A DNA stretch of 64,000 nucleotides from Desulfobulbaceae bacterium (GTDB taxonomy: Bacteria; Desulfobacterota; Desulfobulbia; Desulfobulbales; Desulfocapsaceae): the NCBI GenBank assembly GCA_019163335.1, contig JAFLKM010000026.1:26347-90346 (forward strand), in the 5' to 3' direction. Below are positions 29,629 through 41,300 of the stretch, piece after piece. The notes below the pieces were generated by a model that made no database searches, was not told the origin of the DNA, and saw only the letters and a list, made by a program, of their open reading frames with translations. The number at the start of each line of letters is the position of its first letter. The first letter of the stretch is position 1. The position numbers and the translations under genes are program-made.

Positions 29629-30570
29629 TTATCCTCGACGCAAGACAAGAACGGCTCGTTTCATGGAATTCACGACATATCGAAATGGCCGAAACCGTAT
29701 CGGAGACAAGACCTCGGGAGCGACAAAACCGGACCCGAAAAAATCAGATGGTTCGAGGAGCGGAAAGTCAATCCCAGAGAGCTGCGCACCCGGCAAATCA
29801 CTCTGACTGGCCGCACACCACATCGGACTCCGGCCAGGATCCAACTCGAGAAGAGCCAGCATGGCGGTATCCAGGGCCACGGCACTTTTTGAGGATGCGA
29901 CACAACCAAGGAGAAGAGGCTCTCCATGCGCAGGGCCATGCCGGTGCATCACCTCAATCCCATCGGCGATAGTGACCGTATTCGGCAACACAGTTGATAA
30001 CTCAAGGATGATCCTTGAGAACAGATCGGGCGAGTCGCCGTAACGCATATGGAGCCAGGATTTACGCATCCCTTTCACTATTCCAAAAATATTTTTCACC
30101 GCCATGGTGACATACATCTGATCATGGGCCTTGATCTTCGGCAGATTGACCAGCAAATCACAATCAAGGGCCTGGGACGCGATACCAACCGTTACACCGC
30201 ACGGCAGACGCTTGTGACAAACAGAGGTAAATTCAATAATCGGTACATTCATGCCCCGCAAGGCTTGAACCATCCCGTGTCGTTCAGCGACCTTAATGGC
30301 ACGGCCAAAGGCTGGCGAATCACCAACAGCAACACGACAGCCCTGATCGAGGAACCATGACGCCACTGCGGCTATAAACCCGGCATGGGTACAGGCAAGG
30401 GCCGGCACACTCGCAGCGATGAGATTAGGCTTCAATACAACCTTGGACCCAGGGGATAAATGCAAGTCACCAAGATGCGGCATGAGATTCGCCAGCAACG
30501 GTTGAAGAGAGCTGCGTCCATAGTCCTGACAACGATCGAGACAAACGGAGACAGATGGGGATGGGTTCAT
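29629..30570 (-). CDS. DUF362 domain-containing protein
   Basis: 313 aa. The pattern VVLKPNLI...CTHAGFIAAVASWFLDQGC.VAVGDSP is typical of DUF362. Confidence 0.7.
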   Translation of the reverse strand: MNPSPSVSVCLDRCQDYGRSSLQPLLANLMPHLGDLHLSPGSKVVLKPNLIAASVPALACTHAGFIAAVASWFLDQGCRVAVGDSPAFGRAIKVAERHGMVQALRGMNVPIIEFTSVCHKRLPCGVTVGIASQALDCDLLVNLPKIKAHDQMYVTMAVKNIFGIVKGMRKSWLHMRYGDSPDLFSRIILELSTVLPNTVTIADGIEVMHRHGPAHGEPLLLGCVASSKSAVALDTAMLALLELDPGRSPMWCAASQSDLPGAQLSGIDFPLLEPSDFFGSGFVAPEVLSPIRFRPFRYVVNSMKRAVLVLRRG

Positions 30571-30780
30571 AAAAGGGAGCGCATTACAAACAGGAACTCT
30601 GGAAATAGAAAAAGCCAGTCACACACAAGGAGGACCGGCTTTTTCCAGGAGAGAAGAGAAGAGATAATTAGAGTATTGCATTTAATATGCCATCCACCAG
30701 GCAATAAAAGATACCGAACAATAACGGCCTGTTAAATTACATTTAAAATCTGAGATCGCGACACTTTCCATGGGAAAATT

Positions 30781-30868
30781 AAAAAAACTATACTTCCCAG
30801 TATAACAATGACGCTAACGTTGCGATGTTAGCCATAATATCAACCAGTTATACTGGAATATTTTTTTT
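30781..30868. terminator. Compound hairpin flanked by an A-run and a T-run (bidirectional terminator-like), just downstream of the radical SAM gene
   Basis: aaaaaaa-ctatacttCCCAGTATAAC...GCTAACgttgcgatGTTAGC...GTTATACTGGaata-tttttttt. On the minus strand the hairpin is followed by a T-run. Confidence 0.6.
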
Positions 30869-30886
30869 AACTCCGCCTACAACCAA

Positions 30887-32617
30887 TTATTTCATATGAC
30901 TGGTTTGATGAGGGATCGTTGAATCCTGAAGGACAATTGTTTTGTTCAAGCGATACAGACTCTCTTCCTTTTCGGATAAAAAAACAACTACTCCCTGTGT
31001 ACCACCCAGACTTAAGCCAAGTTCTCGCAGGCAATGACCTGAGAATCGTAGAAAAAATCCGGTCTTAAAGAAATGGTTTCTGCCGCCCTTCTCAAAAAGT
31101 GTTTCAAAAAGCCCCGCAGGATCTGCTGTTGACAGCTGAAAGAGAGCATCCTTCACCGCCTGCGGCTGATCTTCCGCGAGTTCAAGCTGTAAGCAGGATG
31201 GAAGGTAGCGATGCCCGCAACGCAGCCAGTCGTAGCGCATGAACTCCAGAAGCAAAGGACCGTCCGCCCTCTCCGCAACGAACTGCTGGAGCAGTTGCCC
31301 CAGAAATTCCTGGGTGGGAGCCAAGGAAAAGAAATTCCTCTGCTGACAAAGACGGAGCAGACCCTGAAAAAAAACAAACACATCTTCCCCCCGTCTCCTC
31401 AAATAGGCCCACAGCGAGGGAAAATAGCGATTATTGACAAATTTTTCCACACACTCGCAAAACCAGTACAATTCCTGCAGAACGGCATGCCCCATCCACT
31501 GATTGGCCAGCACTGCATAGGGCGGCTGATCACAGCTTACATAGCCCCAACTGTCAGCATCTCGACTGATCGCTGTCCCCGGAAGCAGTTTGAGCAGTCC
31601 CATCTGTAAATAATGGGCGCCGGTACCAAAAAGCTCTGCAAAAGAGCGTCCAAAACTCTCTCTGGTTTCAAAGGGGAGGCCAAGAATCAAATCAGCATGC
31701 AGATGAATGGTATTGAAGGCAACCAGTTTTTTTATATTGTCCAGGGCAGCTACCCGGTCCATTGACCGACTCACAGCCTGCAGGGTTGGCTGGTGGGTGG
31801 ACTGTACCCCGATCTCGAATTGAAACCGGCCAGCCGGGACGCTTTGCAGAAAGGCAAACATCTCTTCTGTAAAACGATCAGGACTGATCTCAAAATGGAA
31901 CAGGGTCTCGACATTCTGCATCATGAGAAACTTCCAGATCGCAAGGGCTCGTGCCGGCTGATCATTAAAGGTGCGATCGACAAAGCGTACTGTGGTCGGC
32001 TTATGGGCAAGGATCTGGGTAATTTCCTGCTCCACCTGGGGCAGCGGCTTGTGATACACCCCCTGTTCCGCTGAAGACAGGCAGTAGGTACAGGAGAAGG
32101 GGCAGCCTCGAGAACTCTCGTAATAAATGTTCCGGTTTTGTAAATGGCTGTTGAAGTCCTCTTCACGATAGGGCGAGACCAGAAGCCGTTTATCCATCCG
32201 TAAGAAGGAGCCGCCATAAAGAGTCTGAAGCCTCTTACTTTCCAGATCCCGGTAAAAAGTGGCGCTGAGCGCCTCCATATCTCCACTGACCACGGTACAT
32301 GGGACGGCCAGATGCTGGCCAATCACCACGGCCTGGGGGCCGCCCACCACCACCTCGCAGTCGGGAAGACATTGTTTCAAATCCAGAATCAGCTGCTCCA
32401 CCCGCTCAGAATTCCATACCGCTGCCGAGAAAAAGATATAATCAGGCTTCCCGTAACTGAGCCGAAGAAGGGTTTCATAATACGAGTCATTGATGGTTAA
32501 CTGACAGAGCTCCGTCTCTACCCCCGGACAGTTTATTTCCAGCTCGTTGCGAACATGAAAAAGGGCCAAACAGGAATGGGTAAACCGGGCATTCAGGGCG
32601 ACAATCTTAATCTGCAT
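30887..32617 (-). CDS. B12-binding-domain radical SAM protein with DUF4080-like C-terminal region
   Basis: 576 aa. The N-terminal cobalamin-binding-like domain begins MQIKIVALNARFTHSCLAL. The radical SAM cluster motif is CPFSCTYC, followed by a long helical C-terminal extension. Confidence 0.8.
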   Translation of the reverse strand: MQIKIVALNARFTHSCLALFHVRNELEINCPGVETELCQLTINDSYYETLLRLSYGKPDYIFFSAAVWNSERVEQLILDLKQCLPDCEVVVGGPQAVVIGQHLAVPCTVVSGDMEALSATFYRDLESKRLQTLYGGSFLRMDKRLLVSPYREEDFNSHLQNRNIYYESSRGCPFSCTYCLSSAEQGVYHKPLPQVEQEITQILAHKPTTVRFVDRTFNDQPARALAIWKFLMMQNVETLFHFEISPDRFTEEMFAFLQSVPAGRFQFEIGVQSTHQPTLQAVSRSMDRVAALDNIKKLVAFNTIHLHADLILGLPFETRESFGRSFAELFGTGAHYLQMGLLKLLPGTAISRDADSWGYVSCDQPPYAVLANQWMGHAVLQELYWFCECVEKFVNNRYFPSLWAYLRRRGEDVFVFFQGLLRLCQQRNFFSLAPTQEFLGQLLQQFVAERADGPLLLEFMRYDWLRCGHRYLPSCLQLELAEDQPQAVKDALFQLSTADPAGLFETLFEKGGRNHFFKTGFFLRFSGHCLRELGLSLGGTQGVVVFLSEKEESLYRLNKTIVLQDSTIPHQTSHMK

Positions 32618-33271
32618 GATACGTTATCTTGAAAGTTGAGGGTTGTTTCAACACTATGGTAAAATATACGAAAACAATTGACTCCTTGAAAATGGCCCAC
32701 TGCGCCAAAAAGTCGTTCAGAAAACAGTCTTGCTCCTGGCATCACCCACCGCAACGGTGCATTTCTCTTAAGCTACCTGAAGTTACAAAGAGTGTTGGTG
32801 GACACCCAAAATAATCTGAAGAATTCAGGACTCCACTGCAGGCGGCAAGAAAATTACTGGTTAGGTGAGTGTCTGCGGGCAGTCTCAATTCCAAAAAATA
32901 ACCCAACTGCAATTGAGCAACCAGCGGATTTCTCGTTATTAACAGAGCCTACGGGCAAAAGGGCTCAAGTGTCTGCTGAACAGGAAGGAAATGGAAAAGC
33001 AGGATTGGAGCTCAGCGATATCAGCCCATACCGCAAGGCTGATCATGCAGGACTGCAAAAGAAGACATCCTATGGCTATCAAGGACATCCCCACGAGTTC
33101 CACAGTTGGTGAGGAGGAGTACCATCATCGCTCAACGAATGGGAGCTCGACTCAAATTTCGCATCTTGCGAAAAAACAAGCAGCAAACAGGAGAAGTGAA
33201 GGAGATGGAAACAAAACTCTTAAATCCGGGGAGCAGCAAACCACGCCCTTAATCCACTCCCTCTACCAAAG

Positions 33272-33451
33272 TTATTTTTGACAATCAGAATACCAGCAAC
33301 ACCCGGTCTGAGGGCAGTCAATAATCCCTGTCTGGAAACAGGGGGTATTCTTTTCCTCGATCTGGATAGCCCTGATCAGATCAAGTTTTACCATCTTGGT
33401 GCCGTTAATCCCCATATCCTTAGCCTTTTTTCTAATCTCTTTTACAAGCAT
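33272..33451 (-). CDS. Small SAP/Rho_N-like protein with Cys-rich C-terminus (59 aa); below the ORF-track length cut-off
   Basis: My translation: MLVKEIRKKAKDMGINGTKMVKLDLIRAIQIEEKNTPCFQTGIIDCPQTGCCWYSDCQK, ending in TAA. AAGGAGG lies 8 nt upstream of the ATG. The N-terminal helix-extension-helix pattern (IRKKAK..G....KM.K..LIRAIQ) is SAP/Rho-N-like. Confidence 0.7.
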   Translation of the reverse strand: MLVKEIRKKAKDMGINGTKMVKLDLIRAIQIEEKNTPCFQTGIIDCPQTGCCWYSDCQK

Positions 33452-33487
33452 GTGGAAATCCTCCTTACTAAAATCATCTTTATCTTT

Positions 33488-33570
33488 TTAGTGCCTTACA
33501 GCTCAACTTCTTGTTCTTTTTTAAAAGAAGTTGAGCTGCAAAAGGCACTTATCCCGTTCATCGGGGTTAG
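33488..33570 (+). repeat. Structured intergenic repeat, copy B
   Basis: ttagtgccttacagctcaacttcttgttcttttttaaaagaagttgagctgcaaaaggcacttatcccgttcatcggggttag. It has the same ends as copies C and D, but a different and still perfectly paired 14-bp inner stem. Confidence 0.85.
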
Positions 33571-33650
33571 CCCTAACCAGTGAGCAAGCTGCTTTATATA
33601 ACTATTCACCAGGCCGTCAAAAAAGTCAAATACGCATAAATACTTTTCCC

Positions 33651-34058
33651 CTATCCATGATTCGGAACTATTTCACTCAATTTTCTCCCCCTGATCCCGG
33701 GACACTCTCTGGCGACCTGCTCGGGATGGATTTTGAAATAGTCCCAGAACGGATATGTCTGACATCCAGAGGGACGTAACGCATAGATAGAGCATTTTTT
33801 TTCTATGCCGTCAAAAAAAATACACTCAAACGCCTCGGCGACCATTCGTTCTTGAAAAGAAAATCTATTTCCCACCCGACGGAGATATTTCGCTGCAAAA
33901 TCCACAAAATTCATTTTTAAAAACAAACAAATAAGTTCTACCTCTTGGGGGCTCACCCACACATTCCCAGAATTCCCACAGCAACAAAAACCTGCGCAAG
34001 CTTCACATGCACTGGGATCAAAAACAAAATCAAACCCATCTTTCTGAACAGTATCCAT
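33651..34058 (-). CDS. YkgJ-family (UPF0153) cysteine-cluster protein
   Basis: 135 aa with CEACAGFCCCG and a second Cys pair (CSIY...RPSGCQTYPFW). Confidence 0.75.
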   Translation of the reverse strand: MDTVQKDGFDFVFDPSACEACAGFCCCGNSGNVWVSPQEVELICLFLKMNFVDFAAKYLRRVGNRFSFQERMVAEAFECIFFDGIEKKCSIYALRPSGCQTYPFWDYFKIHPEQVARECPGIRGRKLSEIVPNHG

Positions 34059-34244
34059 TTTTTATTTTCTTGCAGCAGTAAATTCGATTCAACTTTCTGT
34101 TCCTGTACCTTCACACTGAAAAGCACATGCAGAATGAGCCATTTTAAAGTATATTTACAAAAAATGAGAGAAAACTCTCAATATAACCAGTGTCGTATCT
34201 TCTACTTATTTTTAACGCCTTGCAACAAAGGAACCTGCAGACAA

Positions 34245-34931
34245 ATGCGTAACATCCAAAAACAGAAGCATCTATCCACTTGCCCAAGCCACTCCCCACT
34301 GCTCCATCTTGTTGTTCTTCTCCTGATCTTGCTTGCGGCACCGAAAACCACGTCAGCTATGGACACGTACTCAATCACCAGCGATTCAGAGGTTCCGGTG
34401 AGAAGCGGTCAGGGAACTGAATACAGGACAGTAGCCCTTCTTAAAAATGGAGATCTGATTTCCTCACTGGAGGAGGTGGGTTACTGGGTCAAAATACGCA
34501 CCGCGACAGGCAAGGAGGGGTGGGTATTAAAACGATACCTGAGCACTACCACTACTCCTTCCACGGGCGACACTGTCGCCCTTCCAGTTGAGAACAATCA
34601 GGCGAATAAACCACTGAAAATCACCCCACCACCCTTAACTGACCCCCTGCAACACTCCTCACAGTCCGCTTCCAGTGAGATCCCTGCAGAAAAATTACAA
34701 AGCTCCCCTTCGGCAAATCCTGTCTCTCATATTAATCCGACGCAAGGAGAACGGGAGAAAGAACTCACGGAATTAAGAAACACCCTGGCGGCATTAACAC
34801 AAGAGAACCAGGAATTAAAAGACCACGAAAAGATCATATGGTTCTTGGCTGGGGGCGGGGTTTTTCTTGTCGGCTGGCTTCTTGGACTCATCAGCGGTAA
34901 AGCCCGAAAAAGAAAACCTTCACTCTTGTAA
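34245..34931 (+). CDS. SH3-domain protein, YgiM-like: signal peptide, SH3b, coiled coil, C-terminal TM anchor
   Basis: I prefer the start at MRNIQKQ (34245); the longer track ORF overlaps ykgJ. The signal/TM segment is LLHLVVLLLILLAAP. The SH3b segment is VPVRSGQGTEYRTVALLKNGDLISSLEEVGYWVKIRTATGKEGWVLKRYL. The C-terminus has WFLAGGGVFLVGWLLGLISGK. Confidence 0.75.
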   Translation: MRNIQKQKHLSTCPSHSPLLHLVVLLLILLAAPKTTSAMDTYSITSDSEVPVRSGQGTEYRTVALLKNGDLISSLEEVGYWVKIRTATGKEGWVLKRYLSTTTTPSTGDTVALPVENNQANKPLKITPPPLTDPLQHSSQSASSEIPAEKLQSSPSANPVSHINPTQGEREKELTELRNTLAALTQENQELKDHEKIIWFLAGGGVFLVGWLLGLISGKARKRKPSLL

Positions 34932-35084
34932 CGTCCTGCTCTCGCAGTCAACCAGGCGATAAAAAAAGAAAAGAACAGGTAAACTGCATGAAGAGAGAGA
35001 TATAAGGACGAGAGCGTAAAAGCCCTCAGGGGGGAGCTGAAGAAAATAATGGGACGTTGTGAGAGTATATAGCTTTCGGTTGGA

Positions 35085-35894
35085 TTAGATCGCGGCAATA
35101 GCCTCGCTTATCTCAATAGCCTGTCTGCTTGCAGCAACATCATGTACCCGGACAATAGAAACCCCATGTTCCACCGCCAGAGCTGAGACAACAGCCGTTC
35201 CAAGATCGCGTTCGAAAACAGGTTTACCGGTAATATCACCCAGAAATCCTTTGCGGGAGTGACCAAGAAGAAGGGGGCGCCCCAAGACAGAAAACGCAGA
35301 CAGATTCTTGAGGATAGACAGGTTATGGTGAAGACTTTTGCCAAAGCCAATCCCGGGATCAAGGATTATGCGTTCACTATTTACCCCTCGCTCACTCAAC
35401 CAACTAAGCCGTTCACGAAAAAAATCAAGAATCTCTCCGACCACATCCTGATATCGTGGTTCAACCTGCATATTTTCGGGCGCTCCCTGCATATGCATGA
35501 TAACAACTGGCACCTCTGTCCTCCGAACCAGGTCAACCATGGCAGAATCATGGCGTAATGCAGAGATATCATTGATCATATCAGCGCCAGCCAGCAAGGC
35601 TTGACGTGCGACTTCGGCCTTTCTGGTATCAATCGAAATCGGCAGAGTATATTTCTTCCGAATGGCCAGAATCGCAGGCACTACTCTATGCAGTTCCTCT
35701 TCTTCAGAAACAGCTTGGGCAAAAGGACGAGTAGACTCACCACCTACATCAAGGAGATCGGCACCAGCCGCCACCAGGATATCTGCCTGGGCCACTGCCC
35801 TTTCCACCCCAAAACATTGACCACCATCTGAAAAAGAATCAGGGGTTGTATTGATGATCCCCATGATTCTGGTCGCCGTTTCTCCTCGAACCAC
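35085..35894 (-). CDS. folP: Dihydropteroate synthase FolP
   Basis: 269 aa with GIINTTPDSFSDGG, DVGGESTRP and ILDPGIGFGK. Confidence 0.94.
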   Translation of the reverse strand: MVRGETATRIMGIINTTPDSFSDGGQCFGVERAVAQADILVAAGADLLDVGGESTRPFAQAVSEEEELHRVVPAILAIRKKYTLPISIDTRKAEVARQALLAGADMINDISALRHDSAMVDLVRRTEVPVVIMHMQGAPENMQVEPRYQDVVGEILDFFRERLSWLSERGVNSERIILDPGIGFGKSLHHNLSILKNLSAFSVLGRPLLLGHSRKGFLGDITGKPVFERDLGTAVVSALAVEHGVSIVRVHDVAASRQAIEISEAIAAI

Positions 35895-35899
35895 CTGAA

Positions 35900-37921
35900 T
35901 TATTCCTTTCCTGGCACCACAGCTGGAGATTCTATCGAAGCGGTGGTTTCCCTTGCAACTTCCTTGCTCATTGTTTCTTCAGAAGAAGCAGATCTTTGAT
36001 CACCTGTCGCCCCATCCCCTTTCTCCAGCGACACAGAAGCATCCGTTCCCTGAGGCGTTAGGTCTTTTTTTGTCAACCGTACCACCTTGGCTCCCTGCAC
36101 CACCACAGGGTCGTATTGTCCAGGACGTAATTCAGCAAGAATTCTCTCTATATCCTCAAGGACGATCGTCTCTTTTTCCAGTAACTCGGCGGCCATTCGG
36201 GTCAAGACATCCGTATGTTCCGTCAAGAGGTTTGTCGTCTGCACAGTGGCCTCTGTGATAATATGCTTCACTGCTGCATCAATCTTACGGGCAGTGTCCT
36301 CACTGAAGTCCCGGTGTTGAGCAATCTCCCGGCCAAGAAAAATCTGCTCTTCTTTTTTGCCATAGGTCAACGGCCCCAGCTCTTCACTCATTCCCCACTC
36401 ACAGACCATTTTCCGGGCCATGTCGGTTGCCCGCTGCAAATCGTTGCCGGCTCCCGTGGTAATCTCATTAAATATGAGCTTTTCAGCAATCCGGCCACCA
36501 AAAAGGATACAAAGCGTATGTTCAAGAAAAGTGCGGGAATGGGTATACCGCTCTTCCGTTGGCAACTGCATGGTCAAGCCAAGGGCCCGACCTCGAGGGA
36601 TAATGGTCACTTTATGAATAGGGTCGGTATCGGGCAGCAAGCGGGCAACCAAGGCATGACCAGCTTCATGGTAGGCTGTTACTTCTTTTTCCTTGTCGGT
36701 AATAACCATGGATCGGCGCTCGGCACCCATGAGAATCTTGTCCTTGGCTCGATCCAACATATCCCTGGTTATTTTCTTGGCGTCTTCCCGTGCGGCCATG
36801 AGTGCCGCCTCATTGATCAAATTTTCCAGATCAGCGCCTGAAAAACCGGGAGTACCGCGAGCAATGATGGCCATATCCACATTTTCATCCATGCTCTTTG
36901 TTTTATTGCCATAAATCTCGAGGATTTGCTGCCTCCCCTTCACATCCGGAACCGGCACCACCACCTGACGATCAAAACGACCAGGTCGCAGTAAGGCAGG
37001 ATCAAGGACATCAGGCCGATTTGTGGCTGCCACAATGATGACACCCTCATTTTTATCAAATCCATCCATCTCCACAAGCAACTGGTTCAAGGTCTGCTCA
37101 CGCTCATCATGGCCGCCGCCTAAGCCCGCACCCCGATGCCGCCCCACCGCATCGATCTCATCAATGAAGATGATGCAGGGTGCATTCTTCTTTCCTTGCT
37201 CAAAGAGATCCCGCACCCGAGAAGCCCCGACTCCGACAAACATCTCTACGAAATCAGAGCCGGAGATGGTAAAAAACGGCACATCCGCCTCACCGGCAAT
37301 GGCCTTGGCCAGAAGGGTCTTCCCGGTACCGGGGGCACCGGCAAGGAGTACCCCTTTGGGGATGCGACCGCCAAGCTTGGTAAACTTCTGGGGATCACGA
37401 AGAAAATCAATGATCTCCTCCAGCTCCTCTTTGGCCTCATCGATACCGGCAACATCGGCAAATGTCACCTTGTTGTCGCTCTTTTCCTTGAGCTTGGCTC
37501 TGGTCTTGCCAAATGACATCGCCCCGCCTTTTCCGCCCATCTGCATCTGGCGCATAAAAAAGACCCAAACCCCGATGAGCAGGAGCATAGGAAACCAGGA
37601 AACAAATATGGTCATCATCCAGGAATCTTTATGGGCCTCCTTGACCGCTATATCCACTCCGTTTTTTCGCAAACTGGAGATCAACTCAGTATCGCTGGGG
37701 GGATAAATGGTTTTGAAGGGCTTTCCATCCTGCATTACGCCCGTTATCGTATCGCCATCCATACTTACCTTGTTGATGGCCTTGTTCTGCACCTGCGCCA
37801 GAAAATCACTGTAGGTCAGTGCATTCGTGTTGGTTTGGGGCTTGTTGAAAAGATTGAAAAGCAGGATCATGGTTAAACCAATCACCAGCCACATGGATAA
37901 ATTTTTATAAAAAGTATTCAA
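35900..37921 (-). CDS. ftsH: ATP-dependent zinc metalloprotease FtsH
   Basis: 673 aa with Walker [14 protein letters not shown], Walker [33 protein letters not shown], and the Zn site HEAGHAL. Confidence 0.97.
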   Translation of the reverse strand: MNTFYKNLSMWLVIGLTMILLFNLFNKPQTNTNALTYSDFLAQVQNKAINKVSMDGDTITGVMQDGKPFKTIYPPSDTELISSLRKNGVDIAVKEAHKDSWMMTIFVSWFPMLLLIGVWVFFMRQMQMGGKGGAMSFGKTRAKLKEKSDNKVTFADVAGIDEAKEELEEIIDFLRDPQKFTKLGGRIPKGVLLAGAPGTGKTLLAKAIAGEADVPFFTISGSDFVEMFVGVGASRVRDLFEQGKKNAPCIIFIDEIDAVGRHRGAGLGGGHDEREQTLNQLLVEMDGFDKNEGVIIVAATNRPDVLDPALLRPGRFDRQVVVPVPDVKGRQQILEIYGNKTKSMDENVDMAIIARGTPGFSGADLENLINEAALMAAREDAKKITRDMLDRAKDKILMGAERRSMVITDKEKEVTAYHEAGHALVARLLPDTDPIHKVTIIPRGRALGLTMQLPTEERYTHSRTFLEHTLCILFGGRIAEKLIFNEITTGAGNDLQRATDMARKMVCEWGMSEELGPLTYGKKEEQIFLGREIAQHRDFSEDTARKIDAAVKHIITEATVQTTNLLTEHTDVLTRMAAELLEKETIVLEDIERILAELRPGQYDPVVVQGAKVVRLTKKDLTPQGTDASVSLEKGDGATGDQRSASSEETMSKEVARETTASIESPAVVPGKE

Positions 37922-38386
37922 CGAACCCTCCGATGGCTCCTGATTTTTTCTAAATAAACATCTCTTTGCATGTTATTCCTGGACAGCACTGAGTTCTCCT
38001 CCATGATGCCTCAAACACTTATTTTCCAGCCCTTCCGCATTTAACTTAAATTTACTCACAAATAAATTTCAGTAATTCCAAGTACAAGGCAGAGAGGACA
38101 AGAAACAAACAAGGGGAAAAGGTACTTTTTGTAAGATTTGCCTTCGCATCTGTCTGAACCTACTGTAAGGCCGAACATGATATTGTCGAGATACAGGCAA
38201 CCTTTTTCCTCTTTCTCATTTATACGTCGCCAGACACCCAATCTGTGCCATGTCCGAATTCTGTCCTTTCAAGACATATATGACAAAACAGCGACAAACA
38301 GCTACGCTGGCTTATCCAAAAGGTCCATAATTCGTGTTCCAAAAAACAACTTTCACTCTTCACCCTTTCCTTGCGGGGAGGAGGAT

Positions 38387-41300
38387 TTATGTGAAATGCT
38401 GAATAGGCTTAACTCCCAAGGCATTCTCTCGCAAGGCCTGCATAGCCATAACCACCGAAACAGCGCCGCTGACTGTGGTTGTATAGGGAATGCGCAACTC
38501 CAGGGCCGCCCGCCGTATCAAATATGAATCCTCGGTGGTACGTCTTCCAAGGGACGTGTTCACCACCCAGGCTACCTGGTGATCGCGAAGTTTATCCAGG
38601 ATATGCGGGCGACCTTCAGCGATTTTGTTCACATGATCGCAGACAACACCGTGCTGTCGCAGGTAGTCTGCTGTCCCCTTGGTAGCCAGAAGCGTATAAC
38701 TCATCGCCACAAGATTTTTTGCAGCCTCAACTATGCCCTTCTTGTCACCATCGCGCACACTGATGAAAACGGTGCCTGAAACCGGCAAGGTGACTCCTGC
38801 AGCCAGCTGTGCCTTGGCAACGGCAAGGCCCAGATTGGCATCAATCCCCATAACTTCGCCCGTAGATTTCATTTCAGGGCCAAGCAGAGTATCCACATTC
38901 TTGAAGCGATCAAAGGGAAAAACCGCCTCCTTCACCGCCCAGTGCTTGATCACCACTTCGGTGGTCAGCCCTAATTCGGCCAGGGTCATACCCATCATTA
39001 CCTTGGTGGCCAATTTGGCCAGGGGAACACCGGTAGCCTTACTGACAAAGGGAACCGTCCGCGAGGCCCGGGGATTCACCTCCAGAATATACAGCTCTTC
39101 ATCTTTCACCGCATACTGGACGTTCATCAGGCCGATAACCCCAAGCTCTTCAGCCATGGCACGGGTGGCCTGTTTAATCTCTTCAATCAGTCCGGCGGAA
39201 AGGGTATCCGGCGGCAGAACACAGGAGGAATCACCAGAGTGGATCCCAGCCTCCTCAATATGCTCCATGATCCCGCCGATGATCGTTTTCTGGCCGTCAC
39301 AAATGGCATCCACATCCACTTCAATGGCATCCTCAAGAAACTTATCAATGAGAACCGGGTGTTTATTCTCTGCCATCCCCGGCTTGGCCATGAACTCACG
39401 AATTCCCCGTTCACTATAGACTATCCGCATATCCCGTCCACCCAGAACATATGATGGCCGAACCACCACGGGGTAGCCAATCTGCTCCGCTACTGCAAGG
39501 GCCTCTTCCAGGGTAAAGACCGTATCATTCTTGGGCTGACGTAATTGCAATTTTTGCAGAAATTGCTGAAAACGCTTGCGGTCCTCCGCCCGATCGATGG
39601 AATCCGGCGGTGTTCCAATAATGGGCACCCCAGCCTCTGCAAGGGCTACGGCCAGATTCAACGGAGTCTGCCCGCCAAACTGAACAATCACCCCATCAGG
39701 TCTTTCCAGATCAATAATGTTCAGCACATCTTCCAGGGTCAAAGGCTCAAAATAGAGTTTATCCGAGGTATCATAGTCGGTGGAAACGGTCTCGGGATTG
39801 GAATTGACCATGATCGACTCAACCCCTATCTCTTTTAAGGCAAAAGCAGCATGCACACAACAGTAATCAAATTCAATGCCCTGCCCGATCCGGTTAGGGC
39901 CGCCGCCCAGGATCATGACCTTTTTCCGCTCCGATCTGACCGCCTCATTTTCCTGTTCATAGGTGGAATAATAATAGGGGGTGTAAGACTCAAACTCGGC
40001 GGCACAGGTATCCACCAGCTTATATACCGGCACGATGCCAATTTGCTTACGGAGGCTGCGGACCTCATCCCGGGAACTTCCGGTGAGATAGGCAAGCTGA
40101 GTATCTGAGAAGCCATTCTGTTTACATTTTTTCAAAAAATCATAGCCTAACCCCGACAATCCGCTCGCACCAACCCTTCGTATTTCCTGTTCCATGGCCA
40201 CTATCTGCTCGAGATTGCGCAAAAACCATGGATCTATCCGGGTCATCTCGTAAATATTTTCGATGGATAATCCTCGCCGAAGCGCTTCATGCAAGAAGGA
40301 AAGACGCTTAGAGCTGGGAATCCGCAGGCCCGATTCCAGTTCAAAGAGTTCAAGATGTTCAAGCTGTTCCTTCCCATCCCCCCCAAACCCGGCTCGTCCT
40401 GTCTCCAAGGAGCGCATGGCCTTCTGAAAAGCCTCTTTGAAAGTCCGGCCAATGGCCATGGTCTCACCCACGGACTTCATCGCAGTGGTCAGAACATCCT
40501 CGGCTTCGGGAAATTTTTCAAAGGTAAAACGAGGGATTTTGACTACACAATAATCAATGGTCGGCTCAAACGACGCATAGGTCTCACGGGTGATGTCGTT
40601 CTTGATCTCATCAAGGGTAAAGCCCACGGCCAGCTTGGCGGCAATCTTGGCTATGGGAAAACCGGTGGCCTTCGATGCCAGGGCCGAACTGCGGGAAACC
40701 CGGGGGTTCATCTCAATCACCATCAACTCGCCATCTTCGGGATTGACCGCAAATTGCACGTTGGATCCGCCAGTCTCCACCCCGATTTCCCGGATGATGG
40801 CAATGGCCGCATCCCGCATCTCCTGATACTCGCGATCGGTCAAGGTCTGCGCCGGCGCTACGGTAATGGAGTCACCAGTATGCACACCCATGGCGTCCAT
40901 GTTCTCGATGGAGCAGATGATGACGACATTATCTTTACAATCACGCATCACCTCCAGCTCAAACTCCTTCCAGCCAAGCAGACTGCGTTCAACCATGATC
41001 TCGGTGGTCATGGACAGATCGAGTCCACACACTGACAGAGCCTCCAACTCCTGACGATTATAGGCGACGCCGCCACCGGTTCCGCCAAGGGTGAAACTGG
41101 GGCGGACAATGACCGGAAAGCCAATGGAATCACCAGCCGCCATGGCATCCTCAAGGGTATGAACGATCTCGGATTCGGGGACCTTAAGGCCAATGGCCTG
41201 CATAGCCGCCCGGAATTCTTCCCGTCCTTCCGCCTTCCTGATAACCTCAATCTTCGCTGCCAGCATCTCGACCTTATATTTATCAAGGACTCCAGACTCA

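Noticed and set aside
32690-32770. Possible cobalamin riboswitch in front of the B12-binding radical SAM gene (gatgccaggagcaagactg loosely resembles a B12 box).
   Set aside because: The match to the B12 box is poor. The other conserved cobalamin-riboswitch elements are not present in the right order.
33945-34244. N-terminal 100 codons of the 328-aa track ORF for the SH3 protein.
   Set aside because: This part overlaps the ykgJ-like gene on the other strand and is Cys/Phe/Ser-rich nonsense. The ATG at 34245 gives a normal signal peptide.
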